10,137 nucleotides of DNA from Lachnospiraceae bacterium (GTDB taxonomy: Bacteria; Bacillota; Clostridia; Lachnospirales; Lachnospiraceae), in contig JAUNAG010000095.1 of the NCBI GenBank assembly GCA_030527685.1, positions 1 to 10,137 on the forward strand, in the 5' to 3' direction. The translations under genes and the position numbers were made by a program. How positions within the stretch are numbered: position 1 is the first letter of the stretch; the number at the start of each line of letters is the position of its first letter. The notes under the pieces were generated by a model that saw only the letters and a list, made by a program, of their open reading frames with translations, was not told the origin of the DNA and made no database searches. Shown piece by piece: positions 1 to 6,805 of the stretch.

Positions 1-205
1 ATTATACGATGAAAACACATCCGGAGAATTATAAACGCTATACATCTTTTAGTGATGCAATGAATGAGGTTCTTGAAGATGCTTGATTTCATCATGTCTA
101 ATAGATTCAGAAAAGATTTGAAATGAGCTTATGCTTTTTTATCACGTACAGGCACACACTCGGATCTATTCTCTTGAAGTATCAAAATTACAGAGCATTA
201 TTCTG

Positions 206-231
206 CAGCCGGTAATTCCGGCTGCTTTTTC
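206..231 (+). terminator. Putative rho-independent terminator hairpin (GCAGCCGG-taat-tCCGGCTGC followed by TTTTT)
   Basis: Seen directly: an 8-bp GC-rich inverted repeat with a 4–5-nt loop, followed by a T5 run on the + strand. It lies between the window start and the merR stop codon. Read on the minus strand it is followed by agaau rather than a U-tract, so it works mainly in the + direction. It may terminate a gene ending upstream of, or at, position 86. Confidence 0.5.
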
Positions 232-292
232 TAGGCCTGAAAAAAGGAAGTGATCGATGTACAAAGTGTCCGGGTACGTGGACCGTTATCAT

Positions 293-1300
293 TCACTTCA
301 GACAGCTCCTCAGCTGCGGTATATTCACCAGTGATTCCAGAATACCGTGATTGGATTCTTCCAGATCCAGAGAATCGCCGAAGGCATCCATCAGACTCTG
401 CCGCAGTTCAGAACCTTCTTCAGTGTAAAGATATTGATAGAGTTTCTCGCATACACGGACGATGTTGCGCGTGTACTGCCGGAACATCGGGCTGAGCTCA
501 GAGGCAAGCATACCGAGTCTGGATGCATAGACAGAAGTAGTCGGTTTCAGGAAGGACTCACTGTATTTATGCCACAGGCGTGCATTGGCCGGATTGGAGG
601 CAGTTTCCTGCAGCTCCTGAATCATGGAGTCAATAAAGGCAGCATCTGTTTCCCCGGACAGAGAAGTAATCAGCTGATACCGCTCGGACTGCATGGAAAA
701 CAGCTCGTCAATCTGCTCGGAGCTGAGAGACTGGAAGAACAGCTGCAGCTTCCTGTAAGCTTCATCCGGTTCCTGCAGAGTCAGTCTGTTGATCTTCATC
801 CAGATGAATTCCTGATACTCACTGAACTTTTCGTGAGGAAGGAAAGCAGAAAACAGATAGCGGTTGAGCGCGCCGGAGCTGTAGACGGCAGAAGCATCCT
901 CACCCGTATTCGGTGAAGGCGGTTCCGGAAACTGTGCTTCGAGACAGAGCGTGTAAAGATCAGAAAAATCGGGGTAGAGCGGAAGCTCGTCAATGATGTG
1001 ATTCATGCCGATCAGCGTCTGCGAAATCCGGATCTGCTCCTGACGCAGCCGACGGATGTGCTGGTTTAGATAATGCGTTGCCGTGATCGGCGAGTGAAGC
1101 ATAGAGGAGATACTCGCTACGGACATCCCTGCGTCACGCATCTTTTTGACAAATGTCAGCCGCTCGCAGTCCGCTTCTGTGAATTCATAATATCCGTTTG
1201 CAGCATCAACAGACGGAGAGAGAAGCCCCTCCTGTATATAGAAATGGATATTTCTTTTTGTTAAGCCTGTCTTTTCACTGACCTGTCTGAGTTTCATCAT
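293..1300 (-). CDS. MerR-family transcriptional regulator with a large (~260 aa) C-terminal putative effector-binding domain
   Basis: Long ORF of 335 aa. The N-terminus, MKLRQVSEKTGLTKRNIHFYIQEGLL, matches the MerR helix-turn-helix signature (xxIgEvAkxxGvsxRTLRYYexxGLL pattern). There is a GAAGGGA ribosome-binding site 7–8 nt upstream of ATGATG, shown by the reverse complement of 1301–1312. It is transcribed divergently from the large oxidoreductase gene. The + strand ORFs 250..495 and 347..916 that overlap it are antisense artefacts. Confidence 0.85.
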   Translation of the reverse strand: MMKLRQVSEKTGLTKRNIHFYIQEGLLSPSVDAANGYYEFTEADCERLTFVKKMRDAGMSVASISSMLHSPITATHYLNQHIRRLRQEQIRISQTLIGMNHIIDELPLYPDFSDLYTLCLEAQFPEPPSPNTGEDASAVYSSGALNRYLFSAFLPHEKFSEYQEFIWMKINRLTLQEPDEAYRKLQLFFQSLSSEQIDELFSMQSERYQLITSLSGETDAAFIDSMIQELQETASNPANARLWHKYSESFLKPTTSVYASRLGMLASELSPMFRQYTRNIVRVCEKLYQYLYTEEGSELRQSLMDAFGDSLDLEESNHGILESLVNIPQLRSCLK

Positions 1301-1456
1301 TCATATCCCTTCAGAGATTCCATCTGTACCTGTCGTAGTTTCAGAAAATCCGGCTGCATTAATAATGCTGTTTTTCCGAAACAACTCATAGAAAGTGCTT
1401 TCCTGAGGATTATCTTTTTCGATTCCAGGTATAATTTTTTAAATTCATCTATAGTA

Positions 1457-1470
1457 TACAGTTAACTGTA
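1457..1470. promoter_or_regulatory. Perfect 14-bp palindrome TACAGTTAACTGTA in the merR/reductase intergenic region (candidate operator or merR promoter element)
   Basis: Seen directly: TACAGTT|AACTGTA is a perfect dyad. It sits about 160 bp upstream of merR on the minus strand and about 110 bp upstream of the MerR-type promoter. A TATAAT at 1430–1435 flanks it. I cannot assign it to a known regulator. Confidence 0.3.
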
Positions 1471-1578
1471 CAGAATTTCAGCCGGATAATCGTTTTTGGT
1501 GCAGGAAAAAGCCTGAAAATGCGTTTTGTTCGGCGTTTGCAACGAGCCGGAAGAACGAACTTTGGCAAAATTGCGAGT

Positions 1579-1609
1579 TTGACCGTACACCAGCTGTATC
1601 GTGTACATT
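1579..1609 (+). promoter_or_regulatory. MerR-type promoter: -35 TTGACC (1579–1584), 19-bp spacer carrying the dyad GTACAC-N10-GTGTAC (1585–1606), -10 TACATT (1604–1609)
   Basis: Seen directly: TTGACC, then a 19-nt spacer, then TACATT. A perfect 6-N10-6 inverted repeat (GTACACcagctgtatcGTGTAC) fills the spacer and overlaps the -10. MerR-family promoters are known to have over-long 19–20-bp spacers with the operator dyad between -35 and -10. This one is about 50 nt upstream of the reductase start codon and divergent from merR. Confidence 0.55.
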
Positions 1610-1656
1610 GGGGAGGAAGCAAAGAACTTTAATACAGAATGACGAGGACAAGTGAT

Positions 1657-4600
1657 ATGTTTGAACATCTGTTTACCCCTATTAAGATTCGAGGAATGGA
1701 ATTAAGAAACCGCGGCATCATGCCTGCTATGGGAACCAAGTTTTCCGGCAACACAAGCGATGTGACGCCGACACTGATCGAGTACCACAGACTTCGTGCA
1801 AAGGGCGGCAGCGGCCTGAACATCGTAGAGGTCAGCAGCGTGCATACACCGAGTGCACCGAGACATTTCCTGTCCTTAAGCGAAGACCGCTATATTCCGG
1901 GAATGAAGAAGCTGACAGACGCAATCCATGCGGAAGGCGGAAAGGCAGGCGTCCAGCTCTGGCAGGGAAGTCTTGCAGTCGGCCTTGATCAGACAGCACA
2001 GATCCTGATGGCAAGTGAGATGCCGGTAGCTCCGGGCGTCACACTCCCGGGCATGACAGTAGAAGAGATTGAGGAGATCGTCAGATGCTACGGCCAGGCT
2101 GCCGAAAGAGCAGTGAAGGCAGGTTTTGACTGCCTCGAATTCCACTGTGCACACAATTATCTGCCGCATTCCTTCCTCTCGGGCGGCATCAACCACAGAA
2201 CCGATGAATACGGCGGTTCCCTTGAGAACAGAGCAAAGTTCCCGCTGGCATGTATCCGCGAAATTCGTGCTCATATCCCGGAGGATATGCCGCTGTTCAT
2301 GCGAATTGATGCACATGATGATTATCTGGAGAACGGCCTGACAATTGAGGAAGTCATCACCTTCTGCAAGTGGGCAGGCGAAGCAGGTGTGGACGTTCTG
2401 GACGTCTCCCGCGGCAATGTCATCACTCCGGCCAATAAATTCGAGGTTCCGCCGATCGATCTTCCGAGAGGCTTTAATATTCCAAATGCAGCCCGCATCC
2501 GCCGCGAGACCGGCATGCTCACCATCGGTGTCGGACGCATCAACACACCGGAGCTTGCAGAGAAATATCTCGCAGAGGATCAGGTGGACATGGTCGTTCT
2601 CGGACGCGCACAGTACGTTGATCCGGAATTCATGAATAAGGCAAGAGAAGGCCGCACAGAGGATATCGATCACTGTGTAGGCTGTGACCAGGGCTGCCTG
2701 GATGCATTTGCAGATACAAACTGCCCGCAGGTTACCTGCCTGCGTAATCCCGCACTCGGAAGAGAACTGGAATGCAGGATCACAAAGACAGAAAAGCCGG
2801 AAACAGTTCTGATTGCAGGCGGCGGTATTGCGGGACTTGAAGCGGCAATCGTTCTGCAGCAGAGAGGCCACCGCGCTGTGATCTGCGAAGCAGGTGACAA
2901 GCTGGGCGGCCAGTTCCTGACAGCAGGTGAGGCACCGCGCAAGCAGGAGATGAAGGACGAAGTCATCGCGATGGCAAAGAAGGCAGAGCGTCTCGGTGCA
3001 GAAATCCGTCTTCACACCAAAGTTGACGCAGAGCTGATCCGTGAGATGAAGCCGCATACCGTGATGAACGCCATCGGTGCGGTTCCGATCCGTCCGCGTA
3101 TTCCGGGCATTGAGCAGAGCTTTGTTGTCAGCTCCCATGATGTACTGAACGGCCTGACAGAGGTCTCCGGCAAGGTTGTCGTCATCGGCGGCGGTATGGT
3201 TGGCATGGAAGTTGCCGAGTATCTCGCTGAGAGAGGCTGCAGCGTCACAGACCTGGAGATGATGAAGGAATACTGCGCAGATCTGGGCATGGCACGTAAG
3301 TTCTGTGTACAGGAGAGCATCGCAGCTGCAGGAATCGAGTCTGTAACAGAAGTTAAGGTGACCGGTATTGAGCCGGGCAAGGTCGTCGGCGTCAAGGGCG
3401 GAGAGCAGGTTGAGTATCCGTGTGATTATGCAGTTGTAGCCATCGGCTCTGTATCCCGTGACGGCAGAGAGCTGGAGGCAGCTGCAAGAGAAGTCGGTGC
3501 AGGCTACTTCGTCATCGGTGATGCAGGACGCGCAAGACGCGCAATGAATGCAACCAGAGAAGCATTCGACGCAGCATTGACATTTGACGATCCGGCAGTT
3601 CATGCAGATGTGACAAAGCCGCAGAAGGTCGTAGCCGTGACCGGTGCCACAGGTACCATGGGTCTGGAGACACTGAAGCAGCTGCTTGGCAGAAAGAACA
3701 GATTTAAAGTCAGAGCATTTGCAAGAGAATCTGATATCAACAGACAGAAGATGAAGCAGATGGCTGCTCCGAATCTGGAAGTCGTCTGGGGCGATCTGGC
3801 CAATTACGATGATATCAGGCGACTGGTGGACGGCGCCGATTATGTACTTCACATCGGTGCGATGGTTTCACCGGCAGCTGACAAATATCCGGAGAAGACA
3901 CTGTACACGAACATCGGCTCAACCCTGAACATCATCAAGGCAATCAAGGAGCAGCCGGATCCGGACAAGGTGCATTTCGTCTATGTCGGAACAGTGGCAG
4001 AGACGGGCGCAAGAACCTATCCGATTCACTGGGGACGTGTCGGTGATCCGATCAATCCGTCGATTTTCGATTACTATGCACTTTCCAAGGTGTATTCAGA
4101 GCTTGCTGTTTTTGAATCCGGCCTGAAGCACTGGGCATCGATCAGACAGACAGGACAGCATCCGAGTGCGGAAGGAGCAGGCGAGGAGCCGATCATCTTC
4201 CACCAGCCGGCAAACAATGTTCTCGAGTGGAGTACATCCATTGAATCCGGTATCTGCATGGCCAATGTCTGCGAGGAATGGGTTCCGGAATCCTTCTGGA
4301 GAAAAGCTTACAACCTCAGCAGCGGTCCGGCTTACAGACTGACCTGCTGGGAACTGACAGATCTGATGATGGAGCCCTTCGGCATCAGTATCAAGGATCT
4401 CTACGATGCAGACGCACTGCCGTTCTACAATTTCCACGGCCATTACTTCTCCGACAGCCAGAAGCTGGATGACATCCTGCATTTCCGCTGCATTCCGGGC
4501 GAAGCTTACTGGGAAGGCGTTCGCGACGAGATGAGACGCATGAAGGCCAATCCGATGATTGCGGCTATGTTCCCGAGCGCAGAGCAGATGAAGGAACATA

Positions 4601-5127
4601 ACAAGGAGATCGGCATGAAGAAGGGCGGTCTGTACTATGCTCTGGAGAACGGAGACGAGGACTGGATCAAGGCATTCTACGGATCTGCCGAGAAGCGTGC
4701 GGAAATCAAGAGCTGGGATGATGTGGAGCTTTTCCATCCGAGCGAAGAAGAGACTTATCTTGACCACGGCTATGACGAAGAGAAGGGAATCGAAAATCTG
4801 ACACTCGAGGATCTGCAGAAGGCAGCGGCATTCCGCGGCGGCAGATGCCTGATCTCCGCAGTGCCGGCTGATATCTACACCCCGATTCTGTGGGAGTGCG
4901 CCGACAGCCATCAGTTTGCAATGTCTATCAATGCAGTCCTGCAGGGCGGCCACTGGTGCCCGGAGTGCCTGGCACATGAATGGCATTACGGTGACATCGC
5001 AAAGAAGAATCCGTTCTATGCACAGGTCTGGACACCGCTTCACGGTGATGAAGACAACTACGTGATTCCGATGGAATACAGCGGCTTTGATGTGGCAAAC
5101 GAGCTGAAGAACAAGCTTGGTTTATAA
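1657..5127 (+). CDS. Multidomain oxidoreductase: FadH/BaiCD-like NADH:flavin enoate reductase (FMN TIM barrel + 4Fe-4S + two FAD/NAD(P) Rossmann domains) fused to an extended-SDR (NAD-dependent epimerase/3beta-HSD-like) domain and a C-terminal domain of unknown function
   Basis: The ORF track gives 1639..5127. I prefer the ATG at 1657 because GAGGA at 1643–1647 sits 8 nt upstream; the 1639 ATG has its GGAGG 22 nt away. Residues 7–340 carry Old Yellow Enzyme family motifs (HCAHNYLPHSFLSGGINHRTDEYGGSLENRAKFP). Residues 346–367 read CVGCDQGCLD...C...C, matching the FadH-type 4Fe-4S motif CIGCNQAC. Residues 388–425 are VLIAGGGIAGLEAAIVLQQRGHRAVICEAGDKLGGQ, an FAD-binding GxGxxG fold. Residues 512–533 are VVVIGGGMVGMEVAEYLAERG, a second dinucleotide fold. 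Residues 663–820 are VVAVTGATGTMG...YALSK, an extended-SDR Rossmann with a catalytic YxxxK. Residues about 900–1162 have no motif I recognise. The frame is continuous throughout. Confidence 0.85.
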   Translation: MFEHLFTPIKIRGMELRNRGIMPAMGTKFSGNTSDVTPTLIEYHRLRAKGGSGLNIVEVSSVHTPSAPRHFLSLSEDRYIPGMKKLTDAIHAEGGKAGVQLWQGSLAVGLDQTAQILMASEMPVAPGVTLPGMTVEEIEEIVRCYGQAAERAVKAGFDCLEFHCAHNYLPHSFLSGGINHRTDEYGGSLENRAKFPLACIREIRAHIPEDMPLFMRIDAHDDYLENGLTIEEVITFCKWAGEAGVDVLDVSRGNVITPANKFEVPPIDLPRGFNIPNAARIRRETGMLTIGVGRINTPELAEKYLAEDQVDMVVLGRAQYVDPEFMNKAREGRTEDIDHCVGCDQGCLDAFADTNCPQVTCLRNPALGRELECRITKTEKPETVLIAGGGIAGLEAAIVLQQRGHRAVICEAGDKLGGQFLTAGEAPRKQEMKDEVIAMAKKAERLGAEIRLHTKVDAELIREMKPHTVMNAIGAVPIRPRIPGIEQSFVVSSHDVLNGLTEVSGKVVVIGGGMVGMEVAEYLAERGCSVTDLEMMKEYCADLGMARKFCVQESIAAAGIESVTEVKVTGIEPGKVVGVKGGEQVEYPCDYAVVAIGSVSRDGRELEAAAREVGAGYFVIGDAGRARRAMNATREAFDAALTFDDPAVHADVTKPQKVVAVTGATGTMGLETLKQLLGRKNRFKVRAFARESDINRQKMKQMAAPNLEVVWGDLANYDDIRRLVDGADYVLHIGAMVSPAADKYPEKTLYTNIGSTLNIIKAIKEQPDPDKVHFVYVGTVAETGARTYPIHWGRVGDPINPSIFDYYALSKVYSELAVFESGLKHWASIRQTGQHPSAEGAGEEPIIFHQPANNVLEWSTSIESGICMANVCEEWVPESFWRKAYNLSSGPAYRLTCWELTDLMMEPFGISIKDLYDADALPFYNFHGHYFSDSQKLDDILHFRCIPGEAYWEGVRDEMRRMKANPMIAAMFPSAEQMKEHNKEIGMKKGGLYYALENGDEDWIKAFYGSAEKRAEIKSWDDVELFHPSEEETYLDHGYDEEKGIENLTLEDLQKAAAFRGGRCLISAVPADIYTPILWECADSHQFAMSINAVLQGGHWCPECLAHEWHYGDIAKKNPFYAQVWTPLHGDEDNYVIPMEYSGFDVANELKNKLGL

Positions 5128-5144
5128 TACGGAGGGAAAAGAAG

Positions 5145-5888
5145 ATGTTAAAAGATAAGGTTGCAGTCGTAACAGGCGGTACACGCGGAATCGGTTACGC
5201 GATCGTGAAGAAGTATCTGGAAAACGGCGCAAAAGTTGTCCTCTTTGGTTCCAGACCGGAGACAGTCGAGAAGGCAGTACAGTCTCTGAAGGCTGAGAAT
5301 GCAGAGTGGGAAGTCAGTGGTGCAAGCCCGGACCTCGGCAATGCGAAAGCAGTTGCCGAAGAGATCGGAAAGGTAAAGGAGAAGTACGGCAGACTGGATA
5401 TTCTGGTCAATAACGCCGGCGTATCCGACAGCACACTGCTTGCAGATTATCAGGACGGCCAGTTCGAGAAGGTCATGGAACTGAACCTCCTCGGCGTCTA
5501 CCACACCATTCAGCCGGCAGCTTCTGTCATGAAGGAGCAGGGTGGTGGATGCATTATCAACATCAGCTCCATGGTAAGCCGTTTCGGCCAGCCGGGCGGT
5601 GTTGCTTATCCGACCAGCAAGTTCGCAGTCAACGGTCTGACCATCTCCCTTGCACGTGAGCTCGGCCCGGATCAGATCCGCGTCAATGCAGTCGCACCGG
5701 GTGTCACAAAGACCGATATGGTTGCCGCACTTCCGGATGAGGTCATCCAGCCGCTGCTGAACACGATTCCGCTTCGCAGAATCGGCGAGCCGGAGGATAT
5801 TGCAAATGCATGCCTCTTCCTTGCAAGTGATCTGGCAAGCTATGTCTCGGGAGCAGTGCTTTCAGTAGACGGAGCAACACTGGTATAA
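5145..5888 (+). CDS. Classical short-chain dehydrogenase/reductase (FabG/hydroxysteroid dehydrogenase-like, 247 aa)
   Basis: The N-terminal VAVVTGGTRGIG matches the TGxxxGIG cofactor motif. NNAG, the catalytic Ser in ISSMVS and the YPTSK (YxxxK) motif are all present. GGAGGG at 5131–5136 is a ribosome-binding site 8 nt before the ATG. The gene starts 17 nt after the fusion gene's stop, so the two are co-transcribed. Confidence 0.9.
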   Translation: MLKDKVAVVTGGTRGIGYAIVKKYLENGAKVVLFGSRPETVEKAVQSLKAENAEWEVSGASPDLGNAKAVAEEIGKVKEKYGRLDILVNNAGVSDSTLLADYQDGQFEKVMELNLLGVYHTIQPAASVMKEQGGGCIINISSMVSRFGQPGGVAYPTSKFAVNGLTISLARELGPDQIRVNAVAPGVTKTDMVAALPDEVIQPLLNTIPLRRIGEPEDIANACLFLASDLASYVSGAVLSVDGATLV

Positions 5889-5917
5889 AATATTAAAGAA
5901 CAGAAGATATAAGTGGA

Positions 5918-5952
5918 AAGCCGTGTGTCCGGGAGGATACACGGCTTTTTTT
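5918..5952 (+). terminator. Rho-independent terminator downstream of the SDR gene
   Basis: Seen directly: the stem is AAGCCGTGTGTCC / GGATACACGGCTT, 13 bp with one G·U pair, around a GGGA loop. A T7 run follows at 5946–5952. Confidence 0.6.
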
Positions 5953-6026
5953 GACTGCATCTCATTTTACAGAGCATATCATCTTATGCTGAGAGAATGA
6001 TTCAACTGCTGTGAAAGGGGAAAACA

Positions 6027-6629
6027 ATGGGAAATTGCTACGGTTATATACGCGTCAGCTCACATGAACAGAATCCGGATCGACAGCTTGCGGCGATGCA
6101 CGAGCTGCACATTCCGGAGAAAAACATTTATCTGGATAAGGTTTCGGGAAAGGACTTTGACCGGGAGGGCTATAAGAAGCTTTTCAGGAAACTGAAAAAA
6201 GGAGACACACTTTATATCAAGAGTATCGACCGTCTTGGGAGAAACTACAGAGAAATCATCGAACAGTGGCAGCTCCTGACGCGCAAAAAGCAGGTTTACA
6301 TGGTCGTACTGGATATGTCCCTGCTTGATACGCGAAGAGGCGGGGACTTGCTGGATACATTTATCAGTGAACTCGTACTGCAGATTTTATCCTATGTTGC
6401 GGAAAATGAGCGCACACAGATCAGGCAGCGTCAGGAGGAGGGAATCGCGGCTGCAAAAGCAAAAGGAGTCAGATTCGGCAGGCCGCCCAGAGAGACGGGA
6501 GCGGAATTCGCCCATGCATACGCCAGATGGAAGAAAGGGGAAATATCACAGAATGTGGAGGCAAGACAGTGTGGAATGGCGGCATCAACTTTTCGTTATA
6601 AGATCAGGAAAATGCAATTGGAAGAATAA
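6027..6629 (+). CDS. Small serine recombinase (resolvase/invertase family, catalytic domain + C-terminal HTH)
   Basis: The N-terminus YGYIRVSSHEQNPDRQ carries the catalytic-serine signature Y-x-R-V-S-x-x-x-Q of the Tn3/gamma-delta resolvase and Hin/Gin family. Further family motifs are DKVSGK..DREGY, DRLGRN, ILSYVAENER and AKAKGVRFGRP. The C-terminal ~45 aa form a helix-turn-helix. AAAGGGG at 6014–6020 is a ribosome-binding site 6 nt before the ATG. Confidence 0.9.
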   Translation: MGNCYGYIRVSSHEQNPDRQLAAMHELHIPEKNIYLDKVSGKDFDREGYKKLFRKLKKGDTLYIKSIDRLGRNYREIIEQWQLLTRKKQVYMVVLDMSLLDTRRGGDLLDTFISELVLQILSYVAENERTQIRQRQEEGIAAAKAKGVRFGRPPRETGAEFAHAYARWKKGEISQNVEARQCGMAASTFRYKIRKMQLEE

Positions 6630-6632
6630 CAG

Positions 6633-6662
6633 CCGGGCAGAAAGGTATACTTTTCTGCCCGG
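6633..6662. repeat. Site S1: 30-bp near-perfect palindrome CCGGGCAGAAAgGTATACtTTTCTGCCCGG immediately 3' of the recombinase stop (candidate recombinase binding/crossover site; may double as a terminator hairpin)
   Basis: Seen directly: 12-bp arms flank the self-complementary hexamer GTATAC (6645–6650). The only arm mismatch pairs as G·U in RNA. A moderately U-rich stretch (gtgattctttc) follows. Confidence 0.6.
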
Positions 6663-6774
6663 TGATTCTTTCAGATTATATACAACAATATAGAACAATT
6701 TTACACCAGAAACATACGTGAAACAAGCATTCCGATCGGATCGACCAGACTGATTACGCCGGATTGTAAGTCCA

Positions 6775-6798
6775 CAGAAACGTATACTTTTCTGCCCG
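6775..6798. repeat. Site S2: second copy CAGAAAcGTATACtTTTCTGCCCG of the S1 core, 137 bp downstream (centre to centre), about 8 bp before the ORF-track start of the next gene
   Basis: Seen directly: 23 of 24 positions match the S1 core. It has the same GTATAC centre, at 6782–6787. The right arm TTTTCTGCCCG is identical to S1. Only CAGAAA of the left arm is conserved. Because both copies are near-palindromic, their relative orientation is ambiguous; the direct alignment is slightly better than the inverted one. Confidence 0.6.
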
Positions 6799-6805
6799 AT
6801 GCAAA

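Noticed and set aside
9-86. 25-codon ORF (MKTHPENYKRYTSFSDAMNEVLEDA) at the window start
   Set aside because: Too short and without a convincing ribosome-binding site. It may instead be the in-frame 3' end of a gene that begins upstream of the window. That cannot be decided from this window.
250-916. + strand ORFs 250..495 and 347..916 overlapping the MerR gene
   Set aside because: The minus-strand frame carries an unmistakable MerR HTH at its N-terminus and a proper ribosome-binding site. The + strand ORFs have neither and are antisense artefacts.
1524-1560. GTTCG…CGAAC pair considered as a LexA Cheo box
   Set aside because: The order and spacing (GTTCG-N~27-CGAAC) do not match the CGAAC-N4-GTTCG consensus.
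1876-3852. 658-aa ORF on the minus strand, and similarly 4096..5043(-), 2670..2966(-), 3012..3395(-) and others, inside the large oxidoreductase gene
   Set aside because: They lie antisense to a strongly supported CDS with clear domain motifs. Their translations are Cys/His/Leu-rich low-complexity sequence typical of the reverse strand of GC-rich coding DNA. They have no ribosome-binding site and no recognisable motifs.
6633-6662. S1 interpreted purely as the recombinase gene's intrinsic terminator
   Set aside because: It is not fully rejected. A hairpin followed by a U-rich tail is plausible. A plain terminator would not explain why a 23/24-bp copy of its core recurs 137 bp downstream, so the recombination-site interpretation is kept as primary.
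6325-6693. 122-aa + ORF in an alternative frame across the 3' half of the recombinase gene and into S1
   Set aside because: It overlaps the well-supported recombinase CDS out of frame and reads through the palindromic site. No ribosome-binding site.
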